NCBI GenBank assembly: GCA_951406725.2
Contig: OX597825.1
Location: 9,362,001-9,426,000 of the forward strand
DNA from: Octopus vulgaris
Taxonomy: Eukaryota
Reading direction: 5' to 3'
DNA: 64,000 nucleotides
In this document: in pieces, positions 62,726-64,000 of the stretch
Numbering within the stretch: position 1 is the first letter of the stretch
Layout: each line of letters begins with the position of its first letter
Program-made: the position numbers and the translations under genes
The notes under the pieces: generated by a model
The model's database searches: none
What the model saw: only the letters and a program-made list of their open reading frames with translations
What the model was told of the DNA's origin: nothing

Positions 62726-63414
62726 TCATTATGATTTTTATGACGGTGTTGTGCGATTGAGGGAAAGTTGGTGATGGCTTATAGCAGATTGTACTATGGC
62801 CTACAGGCTACCTTTGTTTCATAGTTACAGCTGTTTTTATTAAGATAATTATGCGCTTCACGAAATAAAATTAGTTCAGAGAGACCAGTTTTATTCATTG
62901 AACAACGTATAGGTTTGAAATATGCTATCAAAGGTCTTCAAGCGGCGCTTTTTACAGCGTCTGTATTCTATTGTATTCAATAATATGAAGAACCGTTAAT
63001 ATCGTAAATCTAATTGCTTGTAAAAGTACAAATATAATTTCATTTTCAATTATATTTTATTTGCCAGCTAATAAAACAGCTGGTAGATGAAATAATACTT
63101 ATTAAATGCAATTAAATTACATTAATACTTAATTAGAGTTGATTATTAATTACCCAAAAGTTACTTCAGTAAATACGATTCTGAAGTAGTACAGTTTATT
63201 TGACAATTGTCATTACCAATATAAATAAATATTAGTCTGAACCACAAACTATATATTCGTATTTGTAACAGATTGCTATTCATATACTCTGTTTGCATAA
63301 CCAACATTTCCTGGCGATTTTTTATCGCAACCAATAATTGATTTGAAAACTATGTTTTTAATGTCTGAGTAATTACGACTAAAATTGAATACATTGACAG
63401 AAACACAAAGAAGT

Positions 63415-63955
<541 letters not shown>

Positions 63956-64000
63956 TATCATTACTATGGATATTCATAATTAACACTTTGCTTTAATACG

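Overview
AT-rich, microsatellite-saturated eukaryotic DNA with no recognisable host exon, so intergenic or deep intronic. The repeat content (tRNA-headed CORE-like and Meta-like SINEs, TTAGGG repeats, Penelope, mariner) suggests an octopod cephalopod; this is an inference. Almost all entries in the ORF track are microsatellite or SINE artefacts. The one credible intact CDS is a 397-aa CCHC zinc-knuckle, L1/Tx1 ORF1-like protein (36350-37543, -). It lies in a 2.4-kb ORF1-only retroelement with no reverse transcriptase, which has a perfect 16-bp TSD and is inserted into a SINE tRNA head. Its 3' tail resembles the tail of the local Meta-type SINEs and of a second, decayed ORF1-like element (25420-26296). 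Other content: several Penelope-like terminal repeats carrying minimal hammerhead-ribozyme motifs, often as inverted pairs; three GG-ended Merlin-like MITEs with internal telomeric repeats (two with 8-bp TSDs, one bracketed by a ~160-bp duplication); two dead mariners; fragments of R4/Dong, CR1-Zenon-like, RTE-like and Penelope retroelements; and at least three SINE families showing tail swapping, nesting and local rearrangement. All alignments were made by eye; no database search was run.
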